Part shown: one piece after another, positions 39,533 through 50,086 of the stretch
Layout: each line of letters starts with the position of its first letter
How positions within the stretch are numbered: the stretch's first letter is position 1
DNA from: Nitrosopumilus sp.
GTDB taxonomy: Archaea > Thermoproteota > Nitrososphaeria > Nitrososphaerales > Nitrosopumilaceae
Assembly: GCA_965205675.1 (NCBI GenBank)
Contig: OZ242186.1
Coordinates: 96,001 to 160,000, forward strand
DNA: 64,000 bases
Reading direction: 5' to 3'
Program-made: the position numbers and the translations under genes
Notes under the pieces: model-generated
Told to the model about the DNA's origin: nothing
Seen by the model: the letters and a program-made list of their open reading frames with translations, nothing else
Databases searched by the model: none

Positions 39533-40836
39533 TGCATTCTAAAATTATTTTATTATTATTTGTGATTGGATTGCCATCAATTATTTTTAATAATTCTTAT
39601 GCACAAATAATCTCAGGAGGATTTGGTCAATCTCCTTTTGAAAGAGATTTTGGTGATGTAAAATTTTTAGATGCATATTTTGGTACTCTAAATGACAAGA
39701 TTGAAGTTGAAGCAGGAGATGGCAATGTTCCATTCACGGTTGTATTTGCAAATGTAGGAACTCAAGATATTACAGGAATTCGTGGTCAATTATCCTTGCC
39801 CCTAAGTTTTTCAGCATCTGATGGTCCAGGCTCATCTATTCATGCAGATAGTGATTCAAATTCATCAGCAGGTGATAATTTTCACTTAACATTTTTTGTA
39901 AATATTGATAAAAATGCACAAATCCAACAGTATCCTGGAACTGTCAAGGTTGATTATTCTAGATTAAGAGAATCTGGAATTAGAACGGCATTTGCAGATT
40001 TTGATTTTAAGGTAACTGGTGATAGTGTAATCAATGTAAAAGCTATAGAACCATTTCTAACTTCTTTGAAAACTAATGATGTCACAATTGAAATTGCAAA
40101 TGATGGTACTGCCCAAATTTCGGGCGTAGATATTATTGCAACAAATACATCTACTGAACTTGCTTCTACATCATCATCTACTACCAATGTTGAAAATGTT
40201 GTAATTCTAGAATCAAGTTGGGATATTGGAAACATCGATGCAAAATCTGCAAGATATTTTACTGCAACTGTATATGTCCCTGAATCATTAAAAGGTGACA
40301 CTTTGAGAATTCCTTTATCTATTTCATATTATAATGCACATGGAGACTTGCATGAAATTTCAAAAATTGTTGATTTTTACATTAAAGGATTAATTGATTT
40401 AACAGTTTTCGATGTTGATGTAATTGAATTATCAGGAACTCAAATGGTGATTGGTGAAATAATTAACGAAGGAAATGAAGACGGATTATTTGGCTTTGTT
40501 TCTATTGAACCAAAACATAATTCTAACATTAAACCAATCACTCAATTTATTGATGAAATTGAAATAGATGCACCTGTACCATTTAACGTTCCAATTGAAT
40601 TTGATGGTGAACCAAAATATGGTGAACATGACATTACTATTACTGTAAGATACAAAGATAATACAAGAGATGAGATATTTTTAACACATGATGCGACAAT
40701 TTTTGTAAATGAACCCTCAAATGAAGAAGAGAACACCAACGATCCAATAATGATAATCATTCCAATTCTTTTAGTTATAGGAGTTGCATTTTACATTATT
40801 CGTAGGCGTAAAAAAGCTGCAATCCAGATAAACTGA
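39532..40836 (+). CDS. S-layer-domain (COG1361-like) membrane-anchored protein
   Basis: Signal peptide, three Ig-like 'N.G' domains, C-terminal TM + RRRKK. Confidence 0.75.
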   Translation: MHSKIILLLFVIGLPSIIFNNSYAQIISGGFGQSPFERDFGDVKFLDAYFGTLNDKIEVEAGDGNVPFTVVFANVGTQDITGIRGQLSLPLSFSASDGPGSSIHADSDSNSSAGDNFHLTFFVNIDKNAQIQQYPGTVKVDYSRLRESGIRTAFADFDFKVTGDSVINVKAIEPFLTSLKTNDVTIEIANDGTAQISGVDIIATNTSTELASTSSSTTNVENVVILESSWDIGNIDAKSARYFTATVYVPESLKGDTLRIPLSISYYNAHGDLHEISKIVDFYIKGLIDLTVFDVDVIELSGTQMVIGEIINEGNEDGLFGFVSIEPKHNSNIKPITQFIDEIEIDAPVPFNVPIEFDGEPKYGEHDITITVRYKDNTRDEIFLTHDATIFVNEPSNEEENTNDPIMIIIPILLVIGVAFYIIRRRKKAAIQIN

Positions 40837-40878
40837 AGACATAATTTTAAATCTAAATTGGAGAAATAGAATTATAAA

Positions 40879-41211
40879 TTGAGATTAACAATTATTATCC
40901 TCATTGTAGTTTTATCTATTGGAAGTGTAATAATCTCATTAGGTTTTCTAACTTCTCAAGAATACATTGATGTTCCTGAAATCACTACTCAATATGAAAA
41001 ATTAGAATTATACAAAAATGAATTAGAAAAAATTAATCAACAAAATCAAAAAATCCTAAATGATTTAGAAAATCAAATCAAAAATTCTAATGATATTCAT
41101 CTAGATCAAATCAATGAAGAGATTAAAGTAATAAAACGAGTAATTGATCAAAACAAAGCAGAATTAGAACAAGTAATTACAAAATTGTCTGAAATGAAAT
41201 CAGATTCATAG
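40879..41211 (+). CDS. Membrane-anchored coiled-coil protein
   Basis: TM plus heptad region. Confidence 0.65.
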   Translation: MRLTIIILIVVLSIGSVIISLGFLTSQEYIDVPEITTQYEKLELYKNELEKINQQNQKILNDLENQIKNSNDIHLDQINEEIKVIKRVIDQNKAELEQVITKLSEMKSDS

Positions 41212-41523
41212 CTATTCTATTTCCATTTTTGGGAAATTTAAGATCATTGTTATATAGCAACGATCAAAAGTTCGTCTCTTAAGGACGTAATATTGGGTAT
41301 GGCAAAGGACGTATTTCCATTTCTATACTCAATAACAAAAATTCGTCACCCAATTTTGAATTCGATTTACGTACATTGTAGATTCAAGTTTGAATTTCAG
41401 TTATTACCATAATTTGGATTTTGGCTCATGAATATTTGTTAGACAGTATAGCAGGTAGCATTGTAGGATTTATCACAACTCTATTGTTGTAAATACTAAT
41501 AATTTTCTAAATTCATATACTTA

Positions 41524-41733
41524 TTGATACTAAAATTTTCATTGGAAGTACATCGAAAATTAACATTTGTAGGAGCAATTTTGTTAATTGTAACTTTTTT
41601 AATTAATTATTATCATGAAGAAACTCATTCTGGTATTGGATTCAATTATGCATATCTAACTGGCGTTTTAATGTTGGTAGCATTTTCTATCAGTCTTCTA
41701 GTATTTACCAAAAATCAATTAAAGACATCTTAA
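41524..41733 (+). CDS. Small two-TM protein
   Basis: Two hydrophobic helices. Confidence 0.6.
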   Translation: MILKFSLEVHRKLTFVGAILLIVTFLINYYHEETHSGIGFNYAYLTGVLMLVAFSISLLVFTKNQLKTS

Positions 41734-41965
41734 TTTTTGTATGAAATAAATGATTAAGGTCTTTTTTGAGAAAAGCCTTCGTTCTATCTATTTATGTTAA
41801 CTTAATTTTGTTTGAATAAAAGATATACGTAGGAATTCTCAGTGAGTTCTAAATACTATTTTAGAATAATTTTACTAGTCCTCACCACGATACAAATCGT
41901 TTCTGGTCTTAGACTACTCATGTTTTTGACCGTAAGATTATAAACAGTTACTTGATCTTGCGATC

Positions 41966-42349
41966 ATGCCTGGCGATGAGATTGAAGTCCCAAAAGAATT
42001 ACGTGAATTTATGCTAGAAGAAGCTGAAGAAACTTTTCTCGGACAAAAAAATGGTGCAGACAAACAATATCGTTATGGTAATTTACACATTAGAGAATAT
42101 AGTGATAAATTTTTAATTCATAATGATAAAATTGATCCACGAAAAGATCCTATGGGACATTTAATCCACGATGCACCTGAAGTATTGATTGGTTTGACAT
42201 GTGCAATTTTTGAAGGTTCTCAAATAGGAAAAAAAATAATGAATAACAATTCAAAAAAACTATCAATTACTTTTGGATTAGTCTCATCAATAATTTCTGG
42301 TTATGTTGCATATTTGGCCACTAAAAAAATAAAAAACTATTTGGAATAA
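41966..42349 (+). CDS. Hypothetical protein
   Basis: QYRYGNLHIREY...H.D.IDPR.DP.GHL..DAPE, hydrophobic C-terminus. Confidence 0.7.
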   Translation: MPGDEIEVPKELREFMLEEAEETFLGQKNGADKQYRYGNLHIREYSDKFLIHNDKIDPRKDPMGHLIHDAPEVLIGLTCAIFEGSQIGKKIMNNNSKKLSITFGLVSSIISGYVAYLATKKIKNYLE

Positions 42350-42354
42350 ATATA

Positions 42355-43899
42355 ATGTCTATTGTAAGAACAATTCAAGTACTCTTTAAACTTCTTCCAT
42401 CTATACTTGCATTACGTAAAGATAGAAAAAAATGGATTAATCAGGAAAAAAATCAAATTGATTCAGAACAATTTAGAAAAAACGCATGTAAAATACTTGA
42501 TACATTTATTTCATTAGGCCCTGTCTACATAAAATTAGGACAATGGCTTTCTTCTAGAGCAGATATTTTACCTCAACCTTATTTGGAGGAACTTTCAAAA
42601 CTTCAAGATAGTGTTCCATCTGCTCCATTTGATCAAGTCAAACCAATAATTGAAAAAGAACTTGGTTCAATTGATGAAAAATTTGATATGATTGATCCTG
42701 ATTCTATATCTGGTGCTTCATTAGGTCAAGTTTATCGTGGATCTATTTCTGGCCAACAAATTGTTGTTAAAGTGAAAAGACCCGGAATTGAGAAAGTTGT
42801 AGCCAAAGATCTTCAAGTTTTAAAAAAAGTTCTTCCTTTAGTATTAAGATTTGTTGATCCAAATTTACGTTATTCTGCAAAAGCAATGCTATCTCAATTC
42901 ATTGAAACAATTTATGAAGAAATGGATTACAAAAATGAAATTCAAAATCTCAAAAAAATTAAAATGAATATGATTGATTCATCTAACGTTGTTGTTCCAT
43001 CTGTTTATGATGATTACTCATCAAAAAATGTCCTGACTATGGAATATCTACCAGGAATCAAAGTCACAAATGTTAAGGCATTAGATGAAAAAGGAATTGA
43101 TAGGGAGCAACTAGTCATAGATGTTCATAAGGTATTTTTTACAATGCTACTCAAACATTCAGTTTTTCATGCAGATCCACACCCTGGTAACATTTCAGTG
43201 ACAGATAATGGGAAACTTATTTTGTATGATTATGGTATGGTTGGACGAATAAACAATGAAACACGTTTCAAGTTAATTCGACTATATCTGGCACTTGTTG
43301 AAAAAAATCCTTCAAGAGTAGTTAATGCAATGAGTGATTTATCTATGTTAACTCCTGGTTATAATAGAGAAGTTATTGAAAAAGGAATTGAACTTTCAAT
43401 TCGTGCAATGCATGGTAACAAACCTGATGAAATGGAAGTTCAGAGTTTAATGGAACTTGCAAATCAAACTATGAGTAAATTTCCATTTGTATTACCAAAA
43501 AATTTAGCTTTGTATATGAGAATGGCATCAATTATTGAAGGAATATACAAAACACATGATGTAGATTTCAAATTTGTCAAGGTTTTGAAAAATATTTTAC
43601 AAGAAGAAAATCTTATCCCACGTGCATATGTAGAAGAGCTAAAAATTTCATTTGATAATTTTTCAAAATCAATTGATTCTACACTTAGAATGGGTCCTGA
43701 AATGAAAAAACTTATAGATGAAATTCAAATCCATATGAAAAAAGGAAAACCTGTGGTTTTAATCAGTGGAAGTATATTTGCATCTGCAATTTTTCTTGGT
43801 TCCGTATTGTTATATCAATCAAATGATTTCTTTGGATTACTTGGTATGATAAGCTCTGGTTTCATAATGACAATTGCAGGATTTTTTAGAAAACATTAG
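42355..43899 (+). CDS. ABC1/UbiB/AarF atypical kinase
   Basis: IKLGQWLS.R.D, ASLGQVY, VKVKRP, HADPHPGN, DYGM. Confidence 0.95.
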   Translation: MSIVRTIQVLFKLLPSILALRKDRKKWINQEKNQIDSEQFRKNACKILDTFISLGPVYIKLGQWLSSRADILPQPYLEELSKLQDSVPSAPFDQVKPIIEKELGSIDEKFDMIDPDSISGASLGQVYRGSISGQQIVVKVKRPGIEKVVAKDLQVLKKVLPLVLRFVDPNLRYSAKAMLSQFIETIYEEMDYKNEIQNLKKIKMNMIDSSNVVVPSVYDDYSSKNVLTMEYLPGIKVTNVKALDEKGIDREQLVIDVHKVFFTMLLKHSVFHADPHPGNISVTDNGKLILYDYGMVGRINNETRFKLIRLYLALVEKNPSRVVNAMSDLSMLTPGYNREVIEKGIELSIRAMHGNKPDEMEVQSLMELANQTMSKFPFVLPKNLALYMRMASIIEGIYKTHDVDFKFVKVLKNILQEENLIPRAYVEELKISFDNFSKSIDSTLRMGPEMKKLIDEIQIHMKKGKPVVLISGSIFASAIFLGSVLLYQSNDFFGLLGMISSGFIMTIAGFFRKH

Positions 43900-43900
43900 A

Positions 43901-44281
43901 TTATTCTATTAAAATATCTTTTCTCTTTTTTGTGACAGGTATGATTAATGTAAGAATTCCGTTTTCATACCTTGCAGATTTAATTTTTTCTTCACCTTCT
44001 TTAATTTCTATAGGCAGTCTAATTTTTTTATCAATTACATTAGGTCTTTGATTTGTAATTAACGAATCTGATTCTTTTTCGTCAATTGTTTTTCTTGCAT
44101 TAATGGAAAGAATGTCACTACACAAAGATAATTCAATTTCTTTTTTTGTAAATCCTGGAATATCAATTACAATTTTTAGATTATCATCATTTAGGTACAT
44201 GTCCATTGGAGGTAAAACAAATTCATAGAATTCTCTTGATTTATTTCCAATCTCTCTGATTACATCTTTTACGAGTCCCAT
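43901..44281 (-). CDS. Small heat-shock protein Hsp20
   Basis: DIPGF.K..I, ARYENGIL. Confidence 0.9.
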   Translation of the reverse strand: MGLVKDVIREIGNKSREFYEFVLPPMDMYLNDDNLKIVIDIPGFTKKEIELSLCSDILSINARKTIDEKESDSLITNQRPNVIDKKIRLPIEIKEGEEKIKSARYENGILTLIIPVTKKRKDILIE

Positions 44282-44358
44282 TTTCTGTTATATGCTCAGT
44301 TTTTGGTTATAAATCTTGATAGATTTTTAATTAATTAATTTCTGAGTCTTGATAACTT

Positions 44359-44940
44359 ATGATAATTGTAATTGAAGGTGGAGATCAGGCAGGTAAGTTA
44401 ACACAATCTACACTATTAGCAAAAGCACTAAAAAAACAAAAAATCAAAACAAAACTATTTCATTTTCCTGACTACAAAACACCGATTGGTATGGAGATTA
44501 GAAAATATTTAGATGGAAAACGAATATTTCCATCCCAAGCAATTCATTGTTTATTGGCAGCAAATAGATGGGAAAAACTAGATGAAATTTTAGCAGCGGA
44601 GGAAAAAAATTCTGTTTTAATTATGAATAGATATTATCATTCTAATCTTGTTTACGGATTAGCAAATGGTTTGAAACAAAAATGGCTTGAAAATTTAGAT
44701 GATGGTCTTCCAAAAGCGGATCTTGTTATACTACTTGATGTAACACAAAAAGAATCCTTTAGTAGACAGAAAACCAATCGAGATAAATTTGAAAAGAATG
44801 AAGAATTTTTAAGAAAAATCTCCAAAATTTATCGTATTACTGCAAAGAAAAAACACTGGAAAATAATTGATGCATTACAATCTAAAGAAGACATTCACAA
44901 AGAAATCTTAAAAATATTTTCAAAAAAACTTGGCTTATGA
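44359..44940 (+). CDS. tmk: Thymidylate kinase
   Basis: IEGGDQAGK.TQ, ANRWE, NRYYHS. Confidence 0.93.
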   Translation: MIIVIEGGDQAGKLTQSTLLAKALKKQKIKTKLFHFPDYKTPIGMEIRKYLDGKRIFPSQAIHCLLAANRWEKLDEILAAEEKNSVLIMNRYYHSNLVYGLANGLKQKWLENLDDGLPKADLVILLDVTQKESFSRQKTNRDKFEKNEEFLRKISKIYRITAKKKHWKIIDALQSKEDIHKEILKIFSKKLGL

Positions 44941-46172
44941 AAAAAAATTATTTAGATATAATTGATCCCATTCATGATTTCATTCGTGTATATGATTATG
45001 AATTACCAATAATTGACAATCCTCTTTTTCAAAGATTAAGACGAATAAAACAACTTTCTGGTGCCCATCTAACTTATCCTGCAGCTCAACATAGTAGATT
45101 TGAGCATTCCTTAGGAGTTATGCATATTACTAGTCAGGCTGGTTTTGCATTAAATGAAAAAGGATTTCTAAATTCTGATGATGTTCAAATTTTACGTATG
45201 GCAGGTTTACTACATGATATTGGTCATGGGCCTTTTTCTCATTTGTTTGAAGAAATAATTCAAGAAAAAAAAATTTCCCATGAAGATTATGGAAAAAATA
45301 TAATTTTAAATTCTGAAATTGGTGATATATTATCAAAAACTGGATTTGATAAAAAATTAATAACAAAAATTGCATTTGGAGAATCTAAATTTCAATATCT
45401 AAATGAAATTGTTTCAGGTGCATTAAGTGCAGATATGATGGATTATTTACTTAGAGATGGTTATTTTACCGGAGCTGAACATGCAAAAGTAGATCATAAG
45501 AGAATCACACAATCACTTGACATTCACAAGAAAAAACTTGCATTGGAACGTTCAGCTTTGTATTCTTTTGAATCTATGATGCATTCTAGATATCAAATGT
45601 TCAAAGCAGTATATTTCCATAAAACCGTTCGTGCAGCAGAAGTTATGCTTATTGAGGCATTAAGATTATCTGACGATGAATTTGGTTTTACGTCTTTCAA
45701 TCTAGATGAATTTCTTAAATTAACTGATGAGTATGTTTTATCATCTTTGATTTCATCAAAATCTTCTAAACTAAAACGTGCACGACAATTTGCAGAAGAT
45801 TATCAAAATAGAAAATTATTAAAATGTGTGTTTGAGAGAATACTTACCAGTCAAACAAATTTGCAAAAGACTAGAACTGATGAATTAAGAATTGAAATTT
45901 CCGAAAAATCTAAAGTTAACGAAAATGAAATTTTCGTTGATAGTTCTGTCACTCCTTCTATTCCACTGGCTCCGTCAAAAAACGAATCAAAATCAATAAT
46001 CTTAGTTTCTAATGAAAGTGGAAAATCTATGGCTAAAGAGATGCCTATCTCTGAAATACCTGTAGTTTCAGCCATTTCTGGGTTTATGAATATACTTAGA
46101 ATTTATACCCATGAAAAAAATAGAAAAAAAGTTGAAATTGCCACAAAATCAATCATTGGTGATTTAAAATGA
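44937..46172 (+). CDS. HD-domain phosphohydrolase (SAMHD1-like)
   Basis: [36 protein letters not shown]. Confidence 0.92.
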   Translation: MKKNYLDIIDPIHDFIRVYDYELPIIDNPLFQRLRRIKQLSGAHLTYPAAQHSRFEHSLGVMHITSQAGFALNEKGFLNSDDVQILRMAGLLHDIGHGPFSHLFEEIIQEKKISHEDYGKNIILNSEIGDILSKTGFDKKLITKIAFGESKFQYLNEIVSGALSADMMDYLLRDGYFTGAEHAKVDHKRITQSLDIHKKKLALERSALYSFESMMHSRYQMFKAVYFHKTVRAAEVMLIEALRLSDDEFGFTSFNLDEFLKLTDEYVLSSLISSKSSKLKRARQFAEDYQNRKLLKCVFERILTSQTNLQKTRTDELRIEISEKSKVNENEIFVDSSVTPSIPLAPSKNESKSIILVSNESGKSMAKEMPISEIPVVSAISGFMNILRIYTHEKNRKKVEIATKSIIGDLK

Positions 46173-46852
46173 AAAAACGAATTGTAATCAAACTATCTGG
46201 ACGAGTTTTTGCCATAGATAATGTCAAAGTCCTAAAAGACTATGCATCATTTCTGGTAAAAATTAGCAAAGTCTGTCAACCTATTGTGATTGCAGGTGGT
46301 GGCAATATTGCACGACATTATATTTCTCATGCAAGATCTTCTGGTGCAGATGAATCTACTCTTGATGAACTAGGAATTGAAATTTCAAGACTTAATGCAA
46401 AGTTGCTAATATATGCTCTAAAAAATAAAGCATATTCACATCCACCAACTACTTTACAAGAAGTTAGACATGCAGTAAATGATGGATTAATTGTAGTTGC
46501 AGGAGGTCTTCATCCTGGTCAAAGCACAAATGGTACTGCAGCATTGATAGCAGAGAAAGTTCAAGCTGAACAATTTCTTAATGCAACTGATGTATCTGGT
46601 GTTTATGATATGGATCCTAACAAATTCAAAAAAGCAAAAAAATTTAAACAAATCGAAATAAAAAATCTAAAAAATATGTTAGTTCATGAAGATTCTATAG
46701 CAGGTGGTTATGATTTGATGGATATTGTGGCTTTAAAAATTATTGAGCGTTCAAAAATCAAAACAAGAATCATAAAAGCCGATACAAAAATTATCGAAAA
46801 GGCAATCAAAGGTGGCAATGTTGGCACTGAAATTATTTTCTATTCAAAATAA
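46169..46852 (+). CDS. pyrH: UMP kinase
   Basis: IKLSG, GGGNIAR, PGQST, GVYD.DP. Confidence 0.93.
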   Translation: MKKRIVIKLSGRVFAIDNVKVLKDYASFLVKISKVCQPIVIAGGGNIARHYISHARSSGADESTLDELGIEISRLNAKLLIYALKNKAYSHPPTTLQEVRHAVNDGLIVVAGGLHPGQSTNGTAALIAEKVQAEQFLNATDVSGVYDMDPNKFKKAKKFKQIEIKNLKNMLVHEDSIAGGYDLMDIVALKIIERSKIKTRIIKADTKIIEKAIKGGNVGTEIIFYSK

Positions 46853-47209
46853 TCATTCAGAACTATTATTCTGAATTGTTGGTCTTGTTTCCGACCAAAT
46901 TTGAATTTGATATTCTGGATATTCTGGAATTCCGGTTTCCCTCAGTTTTTTATAAATTGATATAGCTTCTTCTTTTTCTACCGCTTTTGATTGGGCTTTT
47001 GTAAACCCATCTTTATCCACTATGACTGCAACATGACCATCTACAGAACTAATTACTGCAGTAAATTCTTCTTCTCCAACAGGATGAAATTTCCCATCAA
47101 TCTTTTTTGTTGTTAAAGTTAACATGCCAAATCCAGCAATTTTAAACATCTTCATTTGTGACTCACTTGCCCTTTGTTTTCCTTGTTGAACTGCTTGAAA
47201 ATATTGCAT
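46853..47209 (-). CDS. Hypothetical protein
   Basis: Probable start MQYFQAVQQG, which removes the overlap with the divergent gene. Confidence 0.7.
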   Translation of the reverse strand: MQYFQAVQQGKQRASESQMKMFKIAGFGMLTLTTKKIDGKFHPVGEEEFTAVISSVDGHVAVIVDKDGFTKAQSKAVEKEEAISIYKKLRETGIPEYPEYQIQIWSETRPTIQNNSSE

Positions 47210-47279
47210 AATTTTTTCTTTTTGCAATGGTATAATAACTATCTTAACATTTAAGACATTAAGAGGAAATGTAAAAACT

Positions 47280-47834
47280 ATGAATCCTAAAATTTTTGTT
47301 GGTGTTGCAGTAGCCACACTTGCTGTAATTTTAGGAGGTATTCTTTTGATCGGACCTACAATTATAATTCCGACACAAGATACTACAACTGGAATTCAGA
47401 ATATACCTCAAGCAAAACCGGTTCAAATTGAATTAGAGGATATTTCAATTGCCAAAATATCAGAACGTTCAGTGACTATTGATTTAGCATTCAAATTATC
47501 TAATCCTAATCCACGTGCAATGATTGTACAAACTATGGATTACCAATTATTTGAAACAGGTTATTCTGATACTGAACAAATTACCGGTGGTGAAATAGGT
47601 AGTAGACCTACAGGAATGGTCGAATTTGGTTCAAATTACTATACATTACTAGGTGAAAATTCCATTATTCTTAGAGATTCAAAGACATTAAAAAATTCTG
47701 GAAATACTGCAGATCTATGGAAAGCATTTGAAGATGATACAGCATCATGGAGAGTATCTGGGGATGTATTTTACAATCTAAGTTCAATGACTAGTGGTCA
47801 AGAGAATGAGCTTCATTTCGAATTTACAAAATAA
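47280..47834 (+). CDS. Membrane-anchored LEA_2/WHy-like protein
   Basis: TM then 'FKLSNPNPRAMIVQTMDYQL'. Confidence 0.7.
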   Translation: MNPKIFVGVAVATLAVILGGILLIGPTIIIPTQDTTTGIQNIPQAKPVQIELEDISIAKISERSVTIDLAFKLSNPNPRAMIVQTMDYQLFETGYSDTEQITGGEIGSRPTGMVEFGSNYYTLLGENSIILRDSKTLKNSGNTADLWKAFEDDTASWRVSGDVFYNLSSMTSGQENELHFEFTK

Positions 47835-47931
47835 CTTAATAGTATCACAAAATTCTAAAATTATGATAATATGTTTTTAGAGAGAAAATATTGGCAAAGT
47901 TATAAAAGTCCGTTTCGTTGTTTTTTATCAA

Positions 47932-48042
47932 ATGGCAGAAGCAGGTATGGCCGCATTTGGCGCAGCAGCAGGAGTCGCAATTGCACTCGCAGTAGTGTGT
48001 TTCGCTCTTCGTGGTAAAGGACATCCGGAACCACTAGATTAA
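47932..48042 (+). CDS. 36-aa single-pass membrane microprotein (not in ORF track)
   Basis: MAEAGMAAFGAAAGVAIALAVVCFALRGKGHPEPLD*; TTATAAAA at 47900-47907; T-rich tract downstream. Confidence 0.8.
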   Translation: MAEAGMAAFGAAAGVAIALAVVCFALRGKGHPEPLD

Positions 48043-48083
48043 CAAAGGAATTTTTCCTTTACAACATTTTTCTAATTTTTTTA

Positions 48084-48734
48084 CTAATCTTTCTTGTTGC
48101 CGAATCCTAACATTTCTGCCAAGTCTAATTGTTTAGCATTCTTCTTTTTCATAAAACATCTTTCATAATATTGACACTCTGAACATTCAGTTGAAGGTTC
48201 TAGAATAGGTATTTTCTTTTCTTTAAGAAGATCCTTTAAAACTCTAACTCTTCGTATTACTTCCTCAAACATTTTTTTATTTCGTGATATTGAAAATGTT
48301 GTTTCTTTTCTATCTCCTGTAATGTATACTATAATTCCATCTGGTTTATCATAAATCCACATACATGCATTAAGATAAAGAACATCATTAGATTGAGGAT
48401 TTTCTAGCTCATTTATTGCTCCTCTGAATAAGAAGATATGATCATCAACAAGCATGTCAACTTGACCTTTCAAATTTATATCATCAATAGCAAATTCTTT
48501 TGGATCACTTCCATATTGTAATTTTCTAAGTAATCCTGATAGAAGCTCATTGAACCCTCTTCTTTGAATTTCTTGAGGATCAACCCTGTCATAATATGAG
48601 CGTCTAAGACATTGAACTACTTCATGTAGATGTATGGTCTGAATATCTGTTGCATTAATGTTTATTTTTAATTCTCTCTCAATAGAATTTAATGCATTTT
48701 CAACAACACTTCGAAAATCTCTATCTCCCATCAT
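48084..48734 (-). CDS. Solo Cas4-like Fe-S protein (degenerate PD-(D/E)XK)
   Basis: CLRRSYY ... CSECQYYERC four-Cys staple; LKGQVD. Confidence 0.8.
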   Translation of the reverse strand: MMGDRDFRSVVENALNSIERELKININATDIQTIHLHEVVQCLRRSYYDRVDPQEIQRRGFNELLSGLLRKLQYGSDPKEFAIDDINLKGQVDMLVDDHIFLFRGAINELENPQSNDVLYLNACMWIYDKPDGIIVYITGDRKETTFSISRNKKMFEEVIRRVRVLKDLLKEKKIPILEPSTECSECQYYERCFMKKKNAKQLDLAEMLGFGNKKD

Positions 48735-48767
48735 GATGAGTTATCTTGTCATATGGTCACTTATAAT

Positions 48768-49004
48768 TTAGCTCAAAATTTGGGTTAGGCATTTTGAAAT
48801 TTTAGCTGAAAATGCCAAAGTTACAAAATGTACGGAAAATCCTAAAATTGCACCTATAATCAGATTTCCTGTGCCAAAATAAATCCCTAAAAATATCCCC
48901 AATGGAGGCAATGAAAAAATCATTGCCATGAATGCACTTACCCAGACAGTATTGATGACTGTTTCTGTAGAGATACCTTGTTTTTTCTTTGGAAATTTAA
49001 TCAT
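48768..49004 (-). CDS. Small two-TM protein
   Basis: Hydrophobic hairpin, 8 bp downstream of atpC. Confidence 0.7.
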   Translation of the reverse strand: MIKFPKKKQGISTETVINTVWVSAFMAMIFSLPPLGIFLGIYFGTGNLIIGAILGFSVHFVTLAFSAKISKCLTQILS

Positions 49005-49012
49005 TTTGAAAA

Positions 49013-50044
49013 CTATTCTTCTAAAATCAGTTTTGACATTGTAATTTCTGTAGATATTTTCTGCTCAACTGCATATGCAATTGCCGCCAGATTTCTTACC
49101 TCAAAAGCAGTCAATTTTGTAATTCCTATGATTGTGGCAAAACTAAACATCTTGGTAAATGATCTTGCAGATACATGGTAAATTTCCATTTCAAAAGCTC
49201 TTTCAAATTGAGCAACAGCATCTAATTCATTTTCTACATCTGGAATCAAACTCTTGTATTTTGTATTTGCTAATTCACCAAATGCATCTCTAACTGTAGT
49301 TGCAGACATCATTCTTACAAGTAACTCTCTTGGAATAGTTGGAGTTTGTGAAACAATCAAATCTTCAATTTGTAAATCATCTAATTCCCAGAATTTTCCT
49401 CTTATGACACTAAGAAGATTATAGAAATCTACATCCATACCAACTATCTTTATCACTTCTCTTTCCCTGGTATTTTTCAAAGCTCTTCCTAATTGCTGAT
49501 ACAAAATTTTATCAAAATATGTATCAAAAATCTGAATATTTTTTGTTTCATTATACAAAGAAGATGCTTTAGAAATTTCATCACCAAATTGAACTGAATT
49601 TAGGCTAGCAACTGTTTCCTCCAAATCTTTTGAAACTAGTGCTTTGATTATGACATCTCTTTGTCTGATTAATTCTTCTGCGTGGAGATTGATGTGAGTT
49701 TCAATTTCTTCTTGAGATTTTCCTAATACCTTTCCTTTGAGAATCTGTTTCAAATTTGAAATAATGAATTTCATATAATATGCATCTAAAATATCTGAAT
49801 CTCCTGCAGTTTTGGCAATTGAATAATGAACATCTGCCAAATGACCTCTTAATGCATTTTCAATTCCTTGTGAAGTGTATGGTTTTTGAATATCACCAAT
49901 TGCGTCACCATAAATTGTATTTTTGATTCTAGTCATTAATTCTTCAAGATCTCTTGATTCTGCCAAAGTCTGAAAATCAGCCTTTTTCAATAATTTTCCT
50001 CTTTGACTGTATGACTTTACAGATGCATAGACATTCTTACCCAT
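49013..50044 (-). CDS. atpC: A/V-type ATP synthase subunit C
   Basis: LL...DF..L...RDLEE, D..NL..V.RGK, FEVRNL..I pattern; near the atp cluster. Confidence 0.88.
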   Translation of the reverse strand: MGKNVYASVKSYSQRGKLLKKADFQTLAESRDLEELMTRIKNTIYGDAIGDIQKPYTSQGIENALRGHLADVHYSIAKTAGDSDILDAYYMKFIISNLKQILKGKVLGKSQEEIETHINLHAEELIRQRDVIIKALVSKDLEETVASLNSVQFGDEISKASSLYNETKNIQIFDTYFDKILYQQLGRALKNTREREVIKIVGMDVDFYNLLSVIRGKFWELDDLQIEDLIVSQTPTIPRELLVRMMSATTVRDAFGELANTKYKSLIPDVENELDAVAQFERAFEMEIYHVSARSFTKMFSFATIIGITKLTAFEVRNLAAIAYAVEQKISTEITMSKLILEE

Positions 50045-50086
50045 AAAAAAATCCTGATGAGCAACCGATTTTAATGTTTGGCGATC

